A stretch of DNA of 20,000 bases, from the IMG/VR virus record IMGVR_UViG_3300009466_000002, one strand, 5' to 3'. The stretch comes from an uncultured virus (IMG/VR IMGVR_UViG_3300009466_000002). Lineage: Duplodnaviria > Heunggongvirae > Uroviricota > Caudoviricetes. Both the position numbers and the translations under genes were made by a program. Below are positions 15,821 to 20,000 of this stretch, piece by piece; position 1 is the first letter of the stretch; every line of letters starts with the position of its first letter. The notes beneath the pieces were generated by a model. It was not told where the DNA came from, made no database searches, and saw nothing but the letters and a program-made list of their open reading frames with translations.

Positions 15821-15898
15821 GGAAATACATTAAAAGTTTGGGAGTGGTTCGCTCGGCGGAGCGGCGCCGGTAGCCTGGTGAAGCGGCCATAGCAGCGC

Positions 15899-16210
15899 AT
15901 GGTGGACCATCACATTGATGGGTCCGTCCTTTGCTCGAAGCGGTGCGCGAAGTTGCAATTTCGCCAGGGGATCTTGGATTCCTGGGGGTGCGCTTGCGCG
16001 TATTGCGGAGCTCCGGCGGGCACGTTGGACCACGTCAAGGCAAAGCGGCGCGGTGGGTCGACGACAGCGCGGAACCTTGTGGCGGCGTGCTCGGGGTGTA
16101 ATCGGGCCAAGGGCACGGACGACTGGGTTGCCTGGTTCCGGGATCAGGTGTTCTGGGATCCGGGGCGGGAGGCTGCGATCTGTGACTGGCTGGGGGCGCG
16201 GGCGGCCTGA
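15899..16210 (+). CDS. HNH endonuclease (McrA/HK97 gp74-like, small)
   Basis: CAYCG....TLDHV....RGG.....NLVAACSGCNRAKG provides two CxxC pairs and the H-N-N core. Confidence 0.92.
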   Translation: MVDHHIDGSVLCSKRCAKLQFRQGILDSWGCACAYCGAPAGTLDHVKAKRRGGSTTARNLVAACSGCNRAKGTDDWVAWFRDQVFWDPGREAAICDWLGARAA

Positions 16211-16224
16211 CGCGCTCGGGTCGA

Positions 16225-17706
16225 TCAGATGTGAGCGAAGAAGCTGGCGGTGTTGGGCGTCTCTGGGATGGCGTGGCAGGCGAAGGCCAGGGCCATGACG
16301 CAGTCGTCGTGGGCGCCGGAGGCGGCTTCGCGGTTGCCGGATTCCTTCTGCTGGAAGGCGCGGAGTTCGTCGCCAATGACGCCCGCAGGGAAGATCAGTT
16401 CGTCGTGCTCGAGCAGGAAGAGGATGCGGTCGGTTGCCACGACCTTGCTCGGGCGACTGGTGCTGAAGGTTTCGATAGCGTAGTTGGGTAAGACGGTGGC
16501 CAGCGCTTCGGCGATGACGGCGCCCATCGCTTGCTTCTCCACGATTACCCGCTGCGGAAGGTAATCCTCAATCAGGGCTTTTACATGGCGCAAGCTGTAG
16601 TCGGTGCTCTTGCCGTTCTCGTGATACATCCCTACGACTTCGTAGGGGCGCTCGGTGATGTCCAGGACGATCGCTGTGAAGTAGTCGTTGCCGCCGGCGT
16701 TGGGGTCGACGCCGATGACGTAGGTGCGGCCGATGGAGCCGCACTCGCGCCAGTGGCCGCGGGAGGCGCGGCGGACCAGGGCGGATGGGTAGATCTGGGT
16801 GTCGGTGGCGCCAAAGGCCAGCTCGTATTCGGAGTCCCATGCGGCCTGGGTCATCCGGCGCGACTCGCGGGTCGTCTTGGCCCAGTTCGGGTTGGCGCCG
16901 TAGACGGGGTGCTGGGAGTAGTGGATCGCGACGCGGTTCCAGGAGTCGTTGACCTGGGCGAGGCGGGTGTTGAGCGCGCGGATGCGGCGGCCCTTGACGT
17001 AGTCGTACCAGTCGGGTGGGGTGCCTTGGTGCCAGAGCTGGCCGAACCAGTCGAGCTCGGTGTCGGGTGTCGAGGTGACGATGACCTTGGCGCGCTCGCC
17101 CACCATGGACAACGTGGGCATGGCACCGCGGTAGATCTCGGCGGCACCGTCGAGGAAGGCGCCTTCGTCCATGAAGAGGACGGAGCAGCTGGGGATGCCG
17201 CGGGCGGCGCGGGGTGAGGCGGGCAGGAAATACAAAGTGCCTCGGCCTTCGATGGCGATCTGGGTGTTGGAGTCGGTGAGGTAGCGGATTGACTCGCCCT
17301 CGATGGAGTTCGCCATGGCGCGCACGCGGCGGCCGAGCTCGGAGGCGTCTTGTTGGGTCTTCGAGAAGATCACTGCGGCGAAGCCGCGCTCGGTGAGGGC
17401 GCGGCAGAGCAGGTAGGAGCAGACCGTCTCGGAGGCGCCCATCTGGCGCGACTTGTTGATGATCGTGTTGGGGTGGGCGTTGATCGAGTTGACGAGGTCG
17501 ATCTGGTAGGCGTACGGGTCGAAGGGGGCCACGGTGCCGGCCGTGCGGATCCAGGTGCGGCGGGCGAACGACGGCCAGTCCTCGACGCCCGGGAGCTTGG
17601 TGACGCGGTGGGTGGGGTCGAAGTTGGCGGAGCGGGCTTTGCGTTTTGCCAGTTCGAGGCGGAGGCGGTCCGCCCGGCGTTGGAGCTGGGCGAGGGAGGC
17701 GGTCAT
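16225..17706 (-). CDS. terL: Terminase large subunit
   Basis: Walker A-like KSRQMGASE, Walker B LFMDEGAF, motif III VTSTP, and RNase H-fold nuclease motifs IGVDPNAGGNDY and HDDCVMALA. Confidence 0.95.
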   Translation of the reverse strand: MTASLAQLQRRADRLRLELAKRKARSANFDPTHRVTKLPGVEDWPSFARRTWIRTAGTVAPFDPYAYQIDLVNSINAHPNTIINKSRQMGASETVCSYLLCRALTERGFAAVIFSKTQQDASELGRRVRAMANSIEGESIRYLTDSNTQIAIEGRGTLYFLPASPRAARGIPSCSVLFMDEGAFLDGAAEIYRGAMPTLSMVGERAKVIVTSTPDTELDWFGQLWHQGTPPDWYDYVKGRRIRALNTRLAQVNDSWNRVAIHYSQHPVYGANPNWAKTTRESRRMTQAAWDSEYELAFGATDTQIYPSALVRRASRGHWRECGSIGRTYVIGVDPNAGGNDYFTAIVLDITERPYEVVGMYHENGKSTDYSLRHVKALIEDYLPQRVIVEKQAMGAVIAEALATVLPNYAIETFSTSRPSKVVATDRILFLLEHDELIFPAGVIGDELRAFQQKESGNREAASGAHDDCVMALAFACHAIPETPNTASFFAHI

Positions 17707-18188
17707 GGCGCCGGGGCGTCCTCGGGGTCAGCGGATTTCAGGAGGTCCAGGTCGCCGTCGGTGTCGTCCTCGGGGGCGGCTTCGCTGGGGATCTGGAGGA
17801 GGCCGTAGATCTGGGATTCCAGGTCGGAGACCGTGCGCTCGAGCATCTTGCGCTCCTGGTAGGCGGCGGCGCCGTTGAGGAGGGCGCGGGAGGCGGCGAT
17901 GCGGTCGGAGGCGCGGGCGTTCTCGTCGTGCATGATCTCCGTGAGCGTGGCGATGGCGTCGGGCATCAGCGCCAGGCCCTTGGACTCGGAGACGTCGATC
18001 AGCTCCTGTTGGAGGGCGTAGATGGCGCGTTGGACGACGGGCTTTTTGCGCCAGTTGTAGAGGGCACGCTCGGAGATGCCGAGGGCGCGGGAGACTTCGC
18101 GGCAGCTTTTGCCCCGGGCGAGGAGCTCAGCGGCCATCCGTTCGTTCTCGCGGAGGCCGTCGATCATGGAGGCGTTGCGGGGCGGCAT
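17703..18188 (-). CDS. terS: Terminase small subunit (N-terminal HTH)
   Basis: Likely start ATG 18188 (MPPRNAS). HTH: AAELLARGKSCREVSRALGISERALYNWRK. Oligomerisation-type segment: AIATLTEIM...DRIAASRALL. It overlaps the terL start (ATGA). Confidence 0.85.
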   Translation of the reverse strand: MPPRNASMIDGLRENERMAAELLARGKSCREVSRALGISERALYNWRKKPVVQRAIYALQQELIDVSESKGLALMPDAIATLTEIMHDENARASDRIAASRALLNGAAAYQERKMLERTVSDLESQIYGLLQIPSEAAPEDDTDGDLDLLKSADPEDAPAP

Positions 18189-18275
18189 GGGTTCCGAAAG
18201 GTGCCGAGATATGCCGAAGTTGCACCCATAACCTAACGAGAAAAGGTGTAAGAGAAACACCAGATCCGGAACGGG

Positions 18276-18500
18276 TTATTTGATGGGACGAGTGATGTGG
18301 TCCAGGGCAGCGCAGAACTCGTAGAGGGAGCGGTGGTCGTATCGCTGAAGGTCGCGGGCGGCGGCGAGGCGCGCGGCGTCGGTGAGGTCGTGGATCACGG
18401 CGCAGAGGGCGGCGTGCTCGGGTGTGGGGCGTTCGCCGGGGGCGGCGGCACCACGGCGGAAGGTGGCGACGAGGGTGTCGAGATCGAGCTGCAGGTTCAT
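18276..18500 (-). CDS. Small hypothetical protein
   Basis: MNLQLDLDTLVATFRRG... with high-GC3 codons; likely start ATG 18500. Confidence 0.6.
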   Translation of the reverse strand: MNLQLDLDTLVATFRRGAAAPGERPTPEHAALCAVIHDLTDAARLAAARDLQRYDHRSLYEFCAALDHITRPIK

Positions 18501-18698
18501 TAGCTCGGGAGTGGTGTGAAGGCCCAAGCGTGAGACGCCTCGAGGGAGTTCAGAGGCTTGGGCGCTGTCTTATGCAGGGTAGGGAAGGTGACTTGCGGGC
18601 TTGGTTGAACTATCTGGAATTTCCAGAAGGTTCGACCATATTCCGCACATCAGGAAAATGGTCTAGGGGGAGCGGTTACTGGGCTTTTTGGAAGTCGT

Positions 18699-18980
18699 CT
18701 AGCGTTGGGAAACGCGACGAAACTCTTCCAAGAATTCTTCGCCCATCAGCTCCACCAGTTCTCCATGGGTGGTGTTTCGAATGATGTGAAGACATTCCTT
18801 AAAACGCCGCTCGTTTTCTTCTTCGCTGATTTGAGGTTCAGCACCGTTAGCAAGGTAAGCGTAGGCTTCGTCGATGAGATTATGAGCGCGTTCGATGTCC
18901 TCTAGTTCACCGAACGCCACCCAGGTTTCAAGCTCATCAGTCAGACGCTTAATCAGGTCATTAGCGGTTTCATCTGTCAT
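18699..18980 (-). CDS. Small acidic hypothetical protein (93 aa)
   Basis: MTDETANDLIKRLTDELE...AHNLIDEAYAYLA..EP; ATG start; helical composition. Confidence 0.7.
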   Translation of the reverse strand: MTDETANDLIKRLTDELETWVAFGELEDIERAHNLIDEAYAYLANGAEPQISEEENERRFKECLHIIRNTTHGELVELMGEEFLEEFRRVSQR

Positions 18981-18998
18981 CGGTATTAGGGGTAATGA

Positions 18999-19369
18999 TT
19001 ACTGGGCTTGGTTGAGAGGCATCATTTCGCCGTACATGACGCCATCCTCTGGTGACCCAAGGACAAAGCATCCCCAGTAGATGCTCGACCGCCCCGTATA
19101 AGGATCAACAAAAGGATGCGTGACACTGTTGCACCAGTGGATTGGCCCAACGTGTCCGTGGTCAGAACTGATTTGCATAGTGCAGCAAGTGACTTGATTA
19201 GTGGAAGCGACTACTCGGTAATCCATAATCCATGTAGCTACAGCCCTAACAAACGCGGTCATTTGGCCGTTTTCGATTGCTGCGGTAACGGTGAGGTCAT
19301 CTGTGTCTGGTCCCCACCAGAAGGTTGCAAACTCATCGAGATCGTCGTCAGTGTGTTGTAGTCAGTCAT
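18999..19369 (-). pseudogene. Hypothetical gene, possibly frameshifted near its start (ORF track gives only 18999..19262)
   Basis: The frame of 18999..19262 is open upstream to about 19362 (LQHTDDDLDEFATFWWGPDTDDL...GQ-MTAF). The nearest ATG (19367-19369, ATG ACT GAC) is one base out of frame. Confidence 0.4.
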
Positions 19370-19410
19370 CGAGCTGCTCCAGTGCGCGGCGGATGTTCGT
19401 TTGCAGTCAG

Positions 19411-19713
19411 TCATGGTTCAGATGGGGGTGGGTTGGGTGTGCCCTGCTGCGGGCGGGGTTGGTAGCCGCCGAGCGACTGGCCTCGGGGGATGATGTTGGG
19501 CTTTGGCGTGGTGGGGCCTGGCCGGGTGCTGGCTGCGGTGTCGCTGCGCCGGAGCTTGAGCGGTGGCGGTCCACTAGGGCGGCTGGTGCTCTCGTGGTTG
19601 AAGCTGCGGCGCCAGTCGCGGTCGCGGTCGCGGCGTGTGCGACTGAGCAAGTAGCCGGCCATCGCAACGCCCGTGCAGAAGCCGCTGAGCCAGAGGGTGG
19701 TGGAATCTGTCAT
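19411..19713 (-). CDS. Small membrane-anchored, Pro/Arg-rich hypothetical protein (100 aa)
   Basis: ATG 19713 overlaps the upstream TGA. N-terminal hydrophobic LWLSGFCTGVAMAGYLL is followed by a basic patch and a Pro-rich tail. Confidence 0.65.
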   Translation of the reverse strand: MTDSTTLWLSGFCTGVAMAGYLLSRTRRDRDRDWRRSFNHESTSRPSGPPPLKLRRSDTAASTRPGPTTPKPNIIPRGQSLGGYQPRPQQGTPNPPPSEP

Positions 19714-20000
19714 CGCTCGGCCTCCTGCTGAAGGCGACGGGCCCAGTGCGTACCGTTGCCCAGATGGCCCTCGGATTCCCGGCTCAACCACGCCGCCACC
19801 TCGCGGATAGCAGCGCGGGCTTCGGGTTTCCAGTTGACGGCTTCCTCATCCATTTCCGAGCCGTACTCAATTCCGCTAATGGCGAGTGCCACGCGCTTCA
19901 CCAGTGACCTATTACTAATTTGGTAAACCTTTGATGTTTCACGTTCGGCGGCTTCCAATGATTCGATCCGGCCGGCCAATTTCAAGATGTTGGCGCTGGT
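19710..20000 (-). CDS. Hypothetical phage protein, C-terminal part (open to the right edge)
   Basis: The frame has no stop up to base 20000; it reads ...SLVKRVALAI...WKPEARAAIREVAAWL...RLQQEAER. Confidence 0.7.
   Translation of the reverse strand, partial: TSANILKLAGRIESLEAAERETSKVYQISNRSLVKRVALAISGIEYGSEMDEEAVNWKPEARAAIREVAAWLSRESEGHLGNGTHWARRLQQEAER

Noticed and set aside
18189..18260. N-terminal extension of terS given by the ORF track
   Set aside because: The sequence is AT-rich and not protein-like. It is more likely an intergenic or promoter region, with ATG 18188 as the start.
18522..18563. Inverted repeat GCCCAAGC...GCTTGGGC
   Set aside because: It has 8-bp arms with a 26-nt loop and no U-tract. 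It may be chance in GC-rich DNA, and I cannot support a function.

Overview
This window is a GC-rich tailed-phage (or prophage) virion-morphogenesis region, almost all on the minus strand. Read from right to left it holds small accessory ORFs, terS, terL, a plus-strand HNH gene, a DUF1073-type portal with a C-terminal extension, an 895-aa protein, a MuF/SPP1-gp7 minor head protein, and 332-, 281- and 57-aa proteins. Next come a plus-strand XRE HTH gene, a DUF2213 protease/scaffold, a decoration protein, a DUF2184-type major capsid, neck genes, a tail tube with an Ig-like C-terminus, a tail chaperone pair joined by a lambda-type GGGAAAG -1 frameshift, and the 5' end of the tape measure gene. 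No sheath gene lies between neck and tape measure, so the tail is probably siphovirus-like. A picocyanobacterial host is only an impression from the small-ORF families. The main observation is a set of three accessory head-region proteins built from four copies of one module: R-x-D, then CGxxxIxxxxxC, then a Gly/Ala hydrophobic helix, then a variable domain. R-x-D motifs also sit at the N-termini or domain junctions of the portal, protease/scaffold and capsid. Together these suggest a protease-processed, swappable capsid-cargo system. All family assignments come from motif recognition by eye, not from database searches.
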